Source: Haliotis rubra | Lineage: Eukaryota | NCBI RefSeq assembly: GCF_003918875.1 | Contig: NW_025766736.1 | Span: forward strand, 248,001 to 312,000 | Length of the DNA: 64,000 nt | Direction of reading: 5' to 3' | Shown: positions 52,686 through 64,000 of the stretch, one piece after another | How positions within the stretch are numbered: position 1 is the stretch's first letter | Layout: each line of letters starts with the position of its first letter | Translations under genes and position numbers: made by a program | The notes under the pieces: generated by a model | Told to the model about the DNA's origin: nothing | Databases searched by the model: none | What the model saw: only the letters and a program-made list of their open reading frames with translations

Positions 52686-52920
52686 TATATTCAATGGGGA
52701 TCATGACAACGCAGATGAGTGAGTATGGTTTTACATAGACTAACAACTAATATTTGAAATGAACATATTTTACAGAGAAAACAGTTCATAATAAAATTAA
52801 ATAAAATATAATGAAAAGGAGCCCTGAGACTTTCTTCATTTTCTGAAACTGTGAAAATCTAGACTTGCCTCATATTCTAGATTTGCATGTGATTTCTTGG
52901 ATAGGGTCTGTATTGACAGA

Positions 52921-53022
52921 CTAGGTTTACGCAGCTTTAAGCTTCATACATTGTACCTATGTGGGAAATCGAACCCGGGTCTTCAGCGTGACGCTTTAAC
53001 CATTAGGATACCCAACCGCCCC
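52921..53022 (-). mobile_element. SINE family A, deleted copy
   Basis: cattgtacctatgtggg...gaacccgggtcttc...cgctttaacc. Confidence 0.75.
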
Positions 53023-53210
53023 TAAGCGTACTATAAGTTCATAACATTTTATTTCAACGGTAAGACCTTGTCTTGGAATGTATTACTATTTAACAGTTCC
53101 GTGGAAGATATAACGATAACGTAGCAGTTTTTGGGTGACGTGGAATGTTCTAGAATAGCAAAGATCAATGTACGGAGCATTTTAGGCCATGTAAGGGAGC
53201 AAGCGCTCAC

Positions 53211-53450
53211 ACCCGTGAAGATCCGGGTTTCAATTGATCTTCAGTAACTTATGCTTGTCGTAAGGGGCGACTAACGGGATCGGGTGGTCAGGCTCGCTGG
53301 CTTGGTTGACACATGTCATCATATCCCAATTGCGTAGATCGATGCTCATGCTGTTGATCACTGGATTGTCCGGTCCAGACTCGATTATTTACAGACCGCC
53401 GCCATATAGCTGGGATATTACGACGTTAAACAACCAACCAACCAACCAAC
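53211..53450 (+). mobile_element. Full-length retroposon family B
   Basis: acccgtgaagatccgggtt...gttaaacaaccaaccaacc. Confidence 0.92.
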
Positions 53451-55859
53451 TCTTATCTCACATTACATTAAGACTAGCGATTGTTAGAAGATAATTTTCC
53501 TTAACCCTAGATAACCCCAGGTCTAGTTTGGAAGCTTGACCATCGATATTTCATCTTGAAAAATATATATATATACATTGTAATTGCAATACGCACAAAG
53601 AAATCGCATTATAATGACAGTCAACAATCATTACACCCTTTCTTCTGGGGAATGTTTTACGTTCATATATTACAAATTATATTATGTAATGATTCTGAAA
53701 TGTAGTTCAAAACACAGTTTCGTTATGTTATGATACAATTACACAAATACAAGTAAATATTGCTCTATACAGTAAATGGATGTAAGAGCTTATTTATGCA
53801 TGACTTACTTCAAGACATACAGCAGGTCCGTTATCTAATGATGCAATTACACAACTAACTGTAAATATGGCAAATACACAGATCCGCCTATCTATACATA
53901 GCTCTGGTGTGTAAACATTCTGCCGTACGGTTTGTTTCAGAATAAAAACATGGATCCTAAACCGCTTTGTCCCGACTCGGGATACCAATAAATATTGCAT
54001 GTTAAACATGTAAAATGTATGCGAGTAATAGTACCAGAACAAATATAATGTTCATCGAATTTCGTAACGAGCTAATTTTCAGAATTATTTTGGTACCGTC
54101 TATTCAGTAATTCACAATTATATTCCCTCATTCTAAACTAATAAAAAGTATGATTGATTATATGACGCATGTTTGTGTGTTTAGCGATGAACGTGTCTAG
54201 ATTTCTGAAGAAATGATACCCGAAGAAATGAAGTATGCATTCCCGCTGTATCTCCTCAGTAAGACAATATCTTTGTATTCCACAAATTAGAAGGTGTTGT
54301 CAGGCAAGCCCATTTGCGTTATTATGATACAGAGATAGTCTATCTCCACCCTCAGGAAAGAGGTTATAAAATATTCATGTTTTCAAATGTCGAAATGCGA
54401 TTGTTCTTGCTATAAATAAGTTGAGCTATCGGTTAACTAAAATATGAAACCAGTAAAATCAATACTTTCAAGGCAGTGGGTGTTCTCATTTAATTATATA
54501 TTCATAAATTCATTTTAATTGTTGTCGCATACGATAGAAAGCTACTCTTGCTGTGATATACAACAGTTAAATATGTGATGGGATAATACAAGTACAATTG
54601 TACTACCCTGATAACAAACACTGACTGCGACTACAAGATCGTCATCGTCATCACACTCGGCGTCTTGCCGCAACAACATCCTTACCAGTGAGCGTTCAAC
54701 GTTCGAGCAAAATCATTGAAAAAACAAATCACGATCATTGTATATGAATAATAAGTATACTCATGCCAATAATGGTTGTCACCCCTCCCCACCCCAACCC
54801 CACCCCTCTCCAATAAAAATATTGAAGGGGTGACAACCATTATTGGCATGAGTATATATCAAAATATTATATCTATTTTGATCAATAAATATCAGTTTAG
54901 ACATAGTATGTATATCTCGACGTCGATAATGAAATTGAAATAATTGGTATATTAATAAAAAAACTGATGGTATCAATGAAGTTTTTACACAATGTCTCAA
55001 TGTTATAAACATCTTTTACTTGACGTATATTTCGACTGGAAATGGTAACTAGGAACCAGATAGTGGAGTATAGCCCCCTAACCCCTGTTCTTGAAGGATT
55101 ACATTTTACGTTCATGATCATACTCATTTGGTTGATGTTTGTGCCCTTCTGTGTGGTTCCATCACGTGAGGCGTCACGTGACAAGTGGCGTCTCGTCTCC
55201 TGTTGCTCGTCGTATCCACGTCAGCTCTTGTCAAGCGACATGTTTGTTGAACTGTGTTATAGTCATTTGACCAAAGGAGGAGGATGATCGGCCTTGTGAC
55301 CAGGCTACGACAATCGATCAGAAATTTACAACGTCAACGTGTATGTACTGCATGGTAAATCATGAAATAAATGGGGAAAACGATACGGTGCGATGTTCGC
55401 GTTGCTAAAGTAACGCATCTGTGTCTTGGCTTACTGAAGGTTTTTGACACGTAAGATTCACGGGGCGGGAAACAAGGCCTGTGCCATTAAGCCTATACTT
55501 TTCATCATTACGGAATGGGAAAAACAACGTGTCTTGTTATAAAAAAAACATGAATATGTTTTTATTAATTGATCTGATTGGATATTACCATTGAGCCAAT
55601 GCCCGACATTCACAGTTGAAAAATTATTGAAGTACCTTGTATTGTCAGTAGCTTCTGTGGTGTAGTGGACAAACCGGCTGTCCAGTGGAAGGTCAGTGGT
55701 TCGACCCCGTCCGTGCCATGACGAAAAAATTTTTAAAAATTGGAACGTGACGTTCAAGTTCACCTTCATGTTGTTTGACGCCGCACTCAATACATAAGTG
55801 CACTAAGCAATATCTGTAATATTCAAGCTAAAGGATGGCAACTTATAAGTAACCCAACC

Positions 55860-56002
55860 TGGGCCATAAGTGTCCGTTCGTCACGCTGAAGACCCGGGTT
55901 TGATTCCCCACATGGGTACAATGTGTAAAGACTATATCTGGTGTCCTGGTGATATTGCTGGACTATTGTAAAGGCGGCATAAAACTATACTCACTCACTC
56001 AC
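55860..56002 (+). mobile_element. SINE family A (diverged)
   Basis: cgtcacgctgaagacccggg...ggcggcataaaactatactcactcact. Confidence 0.8.
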
Positions 56003-56201
56003 TTTATTCATTGGACAAATTCTGGGGCTGGGGACATGGTTCCGATGATAGCGTGGAATCCCCACGTGGAACACGTTCCACCAAGGTCAAGGAAAGCTGA
56101 CAGTTAGAATGATATGGATGTCAAATCCAAACTATGCTGGTCACCAATCCTCGTTACAAGAGCAAGACGCCCTAATGGACACAAGATACCAATTTCTGTC
56201 A

Positions 56202-56447
56202 ACCCGTGAACATCCGGGTTAAACGTTGGTCTTCAACAACCCATGTTCGTCGTAAGAGACGACTAACGGGATCGGGTGGTCAGGCTCGCTGACTTGGTTG
56301 ACACATGTCATCGTATTTCAAATGCGTAGATCGATGCTCATGCCTTTGATCACTGGACTGTCTGGTTCAGACTCGATTATTTACAGACCGCCGCCATATA
56401 GCTGGAATAATGCTGAGTGCGACGTTAAACAACATCCAACCAACCAA
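56202..56447 (+). mobile_element. Full-length retroposon family B
   Basis: acccgtgaacatccgggtt...gacgttaaacaacatccaaccaacc. Confidence 0.92.
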
Positions 56448-57342
56448 ATTCAGTAATCTCTGATGACAAGCAAGGAATAGGGGCAACTTTTCCTGCCTGG
56501 TAGTGTAACGTAATGGTACCGTATCGATATATACAGTAGAAATGTACGTAGACATGTTTTATCCGCACGCAACAGAATATTGGCTTCCTTTCGTGCGCAA
56601 TCGCGGCTGAGTTTTAAGCTACTTTTAGAAAAGGTCAATACCACTATCCATTTCGCGCCCCTTGTGATTTCTGAGTCAAGTTGATCACCAGCCTCTAGAT
56701 CCTCCCAAACGATCTAAGGGCTACGAGCATCCTAAATCCACCCATATGGGATTCATACATCGCCTATTTTGGAAACTATCGCAGACATAAGATATCGTAA
56801 GATTGTCATAAATCTTTAAAATATCTATTTGTGTGTTATCTTCATCCAAGATGGCGGCATATTTAACAAAAGATAATGATTCATTAATATAATGTTCGTC
56901 TACAGCGTTATCGAGTTAACAGACTTCATTGTCATTTCTACCGCAGTTTATTTCAAAAGAGATGAAAGAGAAATCTCATCTGTATTATTTGGGGTGTGTC
57001 GAAAACGGGATGGCGTGAACAAGGCATGACCATGACTATGACCTTGACCTTCCAGATAACTCAGGAGAAGATAACCCTAGCTCATACTCTTGTCTTTTCA
57101 TGCTCAAGGCCGCCCAAAAACCTTACCAAACCTACCTCCGAGTTGGGTACACTTTCTGTATGGGCAGCGCTCGTCGAGGTCCTCTTACTTCTTCAGGGTC
57201 GCGCCTTTGTCAAAGCTTGATGTTTGTTTTAAGGTATTCCGCTGATAAACAGCAGATAATAAGTTACCCACTGTTTTTTTATTAGCAAATAAACCATACA
57301 TACAGGATCGCGAGATAAGGTATCTAAATAGTTGCCAGTCGA

Positions 57343-57511
57343 CTGACTGACTGGCTGAGTTTAGTTTTACACCGCTTTTTGCAATATTCAAGCAATATCA
57401 CGGCGGGGGACACCAGAAATGGGCTTAACACATTGTGCCCATGTGGGGAATCGAACCCCGGTCTTCGGCGTGACGAGCCAACGCTTTAACCACTGGGCTA
57501 CCCCACCGCCC
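57343..57511 (-). mobile_element. SINE family A
   Basis: 12-bp TSD gttgccagtcga at 57331 and 57512. Confidence 0.95.
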
Positions 57512-57594
57512 GTTGCCAGTCGAACAATGACTACATGCCTCATACATATGCCTGTTACATCCTGCTTCTATACTCCACTTCCACTCTGGCTATT

Positions 57595-57957
57595 GACCGC
57601 CTCCGTGGTGTAGTGGTTAGAGCGTCCGCCCGGAGAGCGGAAGGTCGTGGGTTCGATCCTCGACCGCGTCATACCAAAAAGACGTTAAAATATGGTACTT
57701 GTTGGTCCCTGCCTGGCGCTCGGCATTAATGGGTACAACAAGGACTGGTCGACTCAGAGTCAGCATAATGTGTCTGAGTGGGGTATTCGTGCTTCACTGC
57801 GGCATGGTATCTCAGTGGGCTGGTACTATAAAACCAGCTTCAGTCTGGGCTAGTACAAGCAGCCGCACATACACATACACATACACACGCATGCACGTCG
57901 TCACATGAGCGAAATATTCTCAAGCACAACGTTAAACCCAATTTCACCTCACTTCAC
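57595..57957 (+). mobile_element. SINE family C, full length: tRNA head, Meta-like central domain, LINE-like tail
   Basis: A/B boxes (tggtgtagtgg, ggttcgatcc); gtcataccaaaaagacgttaaaatatggtacttg...ccctgcctggcgctcggcattaa resembles the Meta/MESC domain; TSD ct(c/t)tggctat. Confidence 0.85.
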
Positions 57958-58099
57958 CTTTGGCTATCACCTAGGAAATCCCCACAACGTCTTGGGATAC
58001 ATTTCCCAATCTCACGAGACTTCGCTATTGCACTATGCGACAAGTGAAAATGTATCTTGTATATTTATTTATATTCTCTGTGAGCGTGCGTTCGCGACT

Positions 58100-58436
58100 G
58101 ACTCTGAATTCCGTACTCATGAATATTACAGCTATTTGATGGCGGCCTGTAAAGAATCGAATCCGAATCAGACAATCCAGTGATTTATGTGACGAGCATC
58201 GATCCACGCTATCGGGGTACAATGAGGCGTAGTCAAACATGTCGCCGAGCTTGAACACACGATCCAGTAAGTCGAGTGAGTTAGTATAGTTTTACGCCGC
58301 TATTAGCGATATTCCAGTAATATCACGGCGGGGTACTCCAGAAATGGGCTTCACACATTGTAACCATGTGGGAATTCGAACCCGGATCTTCGGCGTGACG
58401 AGAGAACGCTTTAACCACTAGGCTACCCCACAGCCA
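58100..58436 (-). mobile_element. SINE family A (58275-58436) abutting or inserted in an old family B relic
   Basis: A consensus on the minus strand; B-like aatattacagctat...cagacaatccagtgat lies to its left. Confidence 0.8.
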
Positions 58437-58574
58437 CAGAAGGCCTGGGATCGAGGGTCACCAGTATCTGTGTTATGGTCACCGTCATACCATGACCTGT
58501 CAGCCTTATGCGTGAGAAGAACCCCAAGTGCTGCAGTTAGTGGACCCACACCCCCGTTTATGACACAAGGAACC

Positions 58575-58686
58575 AGGGCCCCGTTGCACAAAGCGCCTTT
58601 AGCGGTACGACTATCAGAAGCCTATGTTGAAGTATGGGACAAACGATCTCTGCAGCATTAAGATAACTTTGGGTAACGGGGTCCAG
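58575..58686. mobile_element. Small hairpin MITE
   Basis: IR ggccccgttgcacaaag / ctttgggtaacggggtcc. Confidence 0.6.
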
Positions 58687-58855
58687 AAGTATTAATTTGG
58701 CCGAATTTATGTTGGTATATGAATGTGCCTTTTACAATATTCCAACCGACACGGGACCATTGGGATCCGCACATATATGGAGAACCAAACACGGACTTTC
58801 TGCGTGTAAGGCTAACGGTACAACCGACAGATTAGCTCGTTGGCCCCCTGAAGAC

Positions 58856-59037
58856 GGGCGGTGGGCTAGCCCAGTGGTTAAGGCGTTAGCTCGTCACGCT
58901 GATGACCCGGGTTCGATTCCCCACATGGGGTTCGCACGATGTGTGAAGCTCATTTCTGGTGTGCCCTGCCGTGATATTGCTGGATTATTGCTAAAAAGGC
59001 GTAAAACCCAACTCACTCACTCACTCACTCATTCATT
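58856..59037 (+). mobile_element. SINE family A
   Basis: Consensus match with a (TCAC)n tail. Confidence 0.9.
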
Positions 59038-59059
59038 CTGATGACATGCCTTATTATTC

Positions 59060-59704
59060 ATTTGCTTGTTGTTTAAGACAGCATTCAGTAACATTCGAGC
59101 TATACGGTAGCGGTCTGTAAACAATCCTGCCTGACAATCAATCCAGCGATTGACATCAAGAGTCCAGACATGCGCAATTGGGATATGATGACATGACTCA
59201 ATCATTCTGCGTGTCTTAGTCTGTCTCAATCCTGAACAACATTATTTTCCCTACTGCCTAGCCCTCTCTGCAATGCTAAAGCTCTCAATGAAGCAAGTCT
59301 AGATTTCCTCAGGTTCTGAATCTCTGGTCTCCCTGGGGCTCCTTTTCAATTTATACGGTTTGTTTGTAATCAAAATTATATATACTTCCCATCAAACGTT
59401 TAGACTTACCAGTGTAAATATAGCCACTTACTTCAGGCAACTGTTCTAAACTAAATTTTGCAAAATATTCCATTCTGGTTAAAGGTACTGTTTAACAAAA
59501 CTATACACCAAAACCAGCTGTTCAGATGCACAATATCTGCACATGCTCTTCAGCAATTTGATGCATGATCCTCGTGCAATTCATCTGCATAAGGTTTACA
59601 GTTGGCTCCCCTAAGTTATTGGAGAAATATCAATCTTCGATGTAACCATATATATATACATACACACACATATATATATATACACAGTAGTACACACACA
59701 CTCA

Positions 59705-59737
<33 letters not shown>

Positions 59738-59881
59738 ATAGTGAGTGTTTTAAATGCGTCTAAACTTGTGATGCGAAGTATATATTCAGAGACTAAGCGT
59801 TAGTCTGTGCGTGCCTGTTCGCCACCTCTTACGACAAGCACAGATTGCTGAAGACAAAGTCTAACCCGGATCTTCACGGGG
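59060..59881 (-). mobile_element. Family B relic in two pieces (3' part about 59060-59210, 5' head 59820-59881), separated by unrelated DNA with TA/CA/TC microsatellites
   Basis: Head: cctcttacgacaagc...gctgaagac...ctaacccggatcttcacggg. Body: gcggtctgtaaacaatc...aatccagcgattgac. Confidence 0.6.
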
Positions 59882-62008
59882 TATGCTCAAATAACTAAAA
59901 TTAAACTCCATTATGTATTGTTTGTTTATTATGGGTGCCGTATATAAATACACACTTGTATACAACAAACAAATGGCCACCGTCGTGAGGTCAACTTGAT
60001 ATGTAACAACTGTATTGTAACCAAACTCAACTACCGTGTCGGTCAAATATACGAGACTGCAACAATGCTCGACATTTCCTCTGTATTGACAGTTATTATT
60101 TCCTAACGACATAATGTCAGACCAGACATTACTTTAACGCATACATTGAGAACAATTCTGAAGGCATTTTGTCTGAAGGTTGCTATGAATAACACTTAAT
60201 GGTCAACATACAATCGACGAGTATCCTTTAAAAATTTGCACGAAATATATATTGAAATAAGTTAACAATGATGTGATAAAACATGGCTTTTTAAAATATA
60301 CTCTGCATAAATAAATAATTTGGAGAGGGTATACATCATCGACAGCGTACAATTATGATTATAGCTTAAAAATGGGTATTGTACGTTTACCAATCAAATT
60401 TGGGAAATACGATACTTCCAGTAAACAAAATCAATAAATACAAACCACATGACGTCAATCAACCAATGGGCGTCTTCATGATATAAAAGCAAAGTGTCAA
60501 ATGCGCACCTTATCTGCGCATTTATTTCGACAAGCACTTTTTCGGACGTTACACAAACACATTGCACACAGCAAAAAACTCATTAAATCGGACCCCTATT
60601 ATCTGGAAAACTAGTCGAGACGATACAGTACAGATTCCAATATGATTCGTAGATCCGAAAGTCTTTTCATCCGGGTGATTTGATAGGAATTAACGGGTTT
60701 TCACTGTATAGATTTACACAGGGACACTGAGAAAGGAATCTTGGCATTTGAATTTCTTACGTTGTTTGCCAGTGGCTGTACGACTACAACAAAATAAATA
60801 AACACAACCATACACATTGAAAATGAGATATAGGCAATGCTACTGTCAATGCCTCCTTTGTATCTAAACAGGGATATATATATCACATGAATATCACAGA
60901 CACAACATTGAGATAAAGCTGTACATTATAAATTACATCATTCTATAATCATGCCCTACCGTCTCCTGAATGACGGAAGAAGTGACTCAGTACACTACCG
61001 GACAAAAGTAACCGTTCTCGGCGTGTTTTTCACACACTACGCAAATAATTCTTTAAATTCTTACAAAATGATAAAAACTGCACAGGCATTAAACCAGGCT
61101 AGATTTGAACCTCGCAGTTTTGTTTTTACTACTAATACTTTCATATGTTTGAGATTTACGTTTTCTTAAAATAACGGATAAATTCAATTATTAACGTTAT
61201 TTTTCAAATTTTCGTTCATCCTCACAATTACTATTTTCAGCGCACATGCAATGACTCAGCTACTAACTGGTTTAAATTCATATTATATAGTGCAGCAATT
61301 TCAAGGGATGAGAAAGAATACACTGTGATATATGTACCCGATAAATTTAATAATAATTTGATTGGGCTAAAGAATACATTTACATTGTTTCCTGAGCGCA
61401 TAGTTCACAGGTTGACTCTAAATTCATACGTATGTTAGTGTTATGAAAACAGTCTTTCCACGGTGCTAATAACACCAGATAGATAGTATATTTGTCCGCT
61501 AGTGTAGATCGTCAAACATTCCTGTCACTATATGAGCATATGCAGATTCTCTTCTGCCGGTACCACATGTTTAAAACGCAAACAATGTTTCCTCAATTAC
61601 ATATTATAATAACCAGATAGTGATAATTTTTTTAGACATAGGCAGTCATCGAGGAAACGGATGCAGCTAATGCTATAATCTGTATTAAAGGCACCAACTA
61701 ACAAGCTATTATTTGGCTTGAAAACAAATCTAAAATTCATCTATCAATATTTGGCAACTAAGAATTCACTGTCTGCAACTCTGGCCTCTGTCAATGCTTC
61801 TGGATCACCTAAAAGTTCCAACAAGCTCAAAAGGCCGATCCCGTACGGATTCCATGATAATATTTCTCTCCTGTAACCAATGGGGATCGGATGGCCATGT
61901 CTGCAGAGTATGGAAGGAACTGAAACACTGTTGCTATGATTTGGTTGAGTTAAGGGTAGTCATCGAGCAATCATTTCATAAAAGGTGTTTGGCTTGTGTT
62001 TACTTACC

Positions 62009-62173
62009 GGGGCGGTGGGGTAGCCTAGGGGTTAAAGCGTTGACTCGTCACGCCGAAGACCCGGGTTCGATTCCCCACATGGGTACAATGTGTTAAGCCC
62101 ATTTCTGGTGTCCCCCGCCGTGATATTGCTGGAATATTGCTAAAAGCGGCGTAAAACAAAACTCAGTCAGTCA
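62009..62173 (+). mobile_element. SINE family A, near-consensus (young)
   Basis: 11-bp TSD gtttacttacc at 61998 and 62174; intact A and B boxes. Confidence 0.95.
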
Positions 62174-63904
62174 GTTTACTTACCATATGTTGTTTCTTCA
62201 AATATATTTGTCCCTTTTTGTTTAATCAATATGCCGTACAAATGACGTATGCCGAAAAATAATTTTCACTACAGCGTCACACGCAACTCAAGGTCTTCCA
62301 GCTATTTGTTATGGCTCGATGACTACCCTTAATTTATTGTAATTAGTTGATGCAAGTTCAGTGTACACTATACACTATGATAAATCGAAATACTGATAAA
62401 CCGAAATACGGATTAAGACGACGCTATCTAGTCACACTCGCACCACACGTGTTGTGTGTACACGACCATTAGGTATCAGGTAATGGTGGTACACGTATCT
62501 ACAGTAAGGGGATACTTTTCCATTGAAACACCTTATGCCGCTCACCGCATGTAGAGGCAATGGATTAACATTCACAACACACACTACACATATTGCTACA
62601 TATATCGTAATGTTGTGCGCCTAGAAAGCAACGTTTGGAATAATGATCATCTAGTTACCCGCAGTTAGTACGTTATTACCTGACGAATACTCACTCTTGA
62701 TATTGCATTTAATTGTTTAAAGCAGCGGTATTTTGGCGTTTTAGTGAGTTCACAAATACATTAATTTGGTATACATAAACAGATGCTTGGATTAAAATGT
62801 ACAATGAAAATCACAAATCTGTTCGATCGACGAATCGATCCCTAGTACGTTCACCTGTTTATAAACGAACGGTCACTCTCAGAACACAGCATCAAGTGTC
62901 AAACGGTTGTCATCTTAATGAATGGGAACATGAACGATCCATTGCGTTTGCGTCCTGGAAACCAGTACCACTGGACCCAGAGGAGGGTGTCCACCCTTAC
63001 CTCTAAAAGACACTGTACGTGTTACATGTTCCGTCAGCCAAGTGGATGGATGGATGAGCGACCGATTAGACAATAACGAAAGTGTGTGTACAAGAATCTA
63101 ACAATCACCTTTGGTTGCAGAATTATGTATCAGAAACAAACAACAATATACCAAATGTCCATGATAGAAAGAGTTATGTGCACTGTGTTATTAAATACGT
63201 TCTGTTATTGGTCAGTAATGGTAATGAATATTGTGCTACACAAACATACTCATCAATAAAGTAGTTTGATTATTGCAAGATTGTCAGTGTAACCAACAAT
63301 GCACTTTACAACTAAAATCAAACAAGACTGAGCAACAAGTAATCATGTATCGATCTGTACCGATATGTACACATATTTGGTTTGAATATATTATTCACAA
63401 TTGTATATATATATATAAATGCTTTTGGACTGCAGATAAAGCTAGATGTTTCATCAGAGACCGCCAAATTATTTGTATATGATGTTTGCCAGCCTGGCGC
63501 ATGGTCAAAACAAACCGACACATCAATACATATTTCTCAGCGCCGGGTTCTAACGTAACATGGTATTACGGTGTCAGACAATCATCTTCCTTGTCGCGGC
63601 AGTTGCACTTATATCCTATACTTCATCTGCTGGTGCATGAGTAGGGATTTTTGTGTTAATACTCCCTCCTGTTTACGATTCTGCTTTTTCGACATTCTGT
63701 CTGATGTTGCCTGCTTATACCCAAACCAAGCCACGAATAGCTGCAATATTGATCATACGGTTTAAAACAACATGTACTCCCTATAAGCAATACGGGACGG
63801 TATGTAATCGTTGCTCCGCCATGCTTTGCACTGCACGTTAACACAGCCTGTTTGATGCTGCTTATATATCCATCTACGCATGATAGCGGAATATATAGCA
63901 TATT

Positions 63905-64000
63905 TACACCTACGAAGCTTGACACTGGATATATACAACACCAGCTATGCTTGACACTGGATATATACACCAGGTATGCTTAACACTGGATATATACACC
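63905..64000. repeat. Start of a roughly 30-bp minisatellite running off the window
   Basis: gctt(g/a)acactggatatatac...accag occurs three times. Confidence 0.75.

Noticed and set aside
62009-62085. tRNA genes (family A and C heads)
   Set aside because: A/B boxes are present but there is no proper acceptor stem, and each head continues into a SINE body and tail with TSDs.

Overview
This is AT-rich animal genomic DNA with four N gaps. The repeat complement looks molluscan or gastropod (abalone-like), which is an inference. The only protein-coding gene I can support is the 3' half of a soluble guanylate cyclase alpha subunit (GUCY1A-type). It has four + strand GT-AG exons (5805-5971, 11044-11187, 14874-15028, 17381-17579) that splice into the cyclase domain and C-terminus; upstream exons lie outside the window. 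The rest is intron or intergenic DNA packed with repeats. These include about 17 copies of a tRNA-headed SINE (family A), about 20 copies or fragments of a roughly 230-bp retroposon with no Pol III head (family B), and a Meta-type SINE (family C). There are also L2, CR1-type and Tc1 relics, several MITE or hairpin elements, and minisatellites of 73, 45, 105, 29 and 22 bp. The long ORFs in the track are satellite, microsatellite or gap artefacts. The best novelty candidate is the fixed 5' end of family B, which folds into a four-way junction with a kissing-loop pseudoknot and shows structure-preserving variants (possible self-cleaving ribozyme or other functional RNA). Also notable are inverted family-B copies bracketing an in-frame catalytic exon, two SINEs inserted into one target site, tandem arrays seeded from foldback structures, and a phased CCAAT/E-box cluster.
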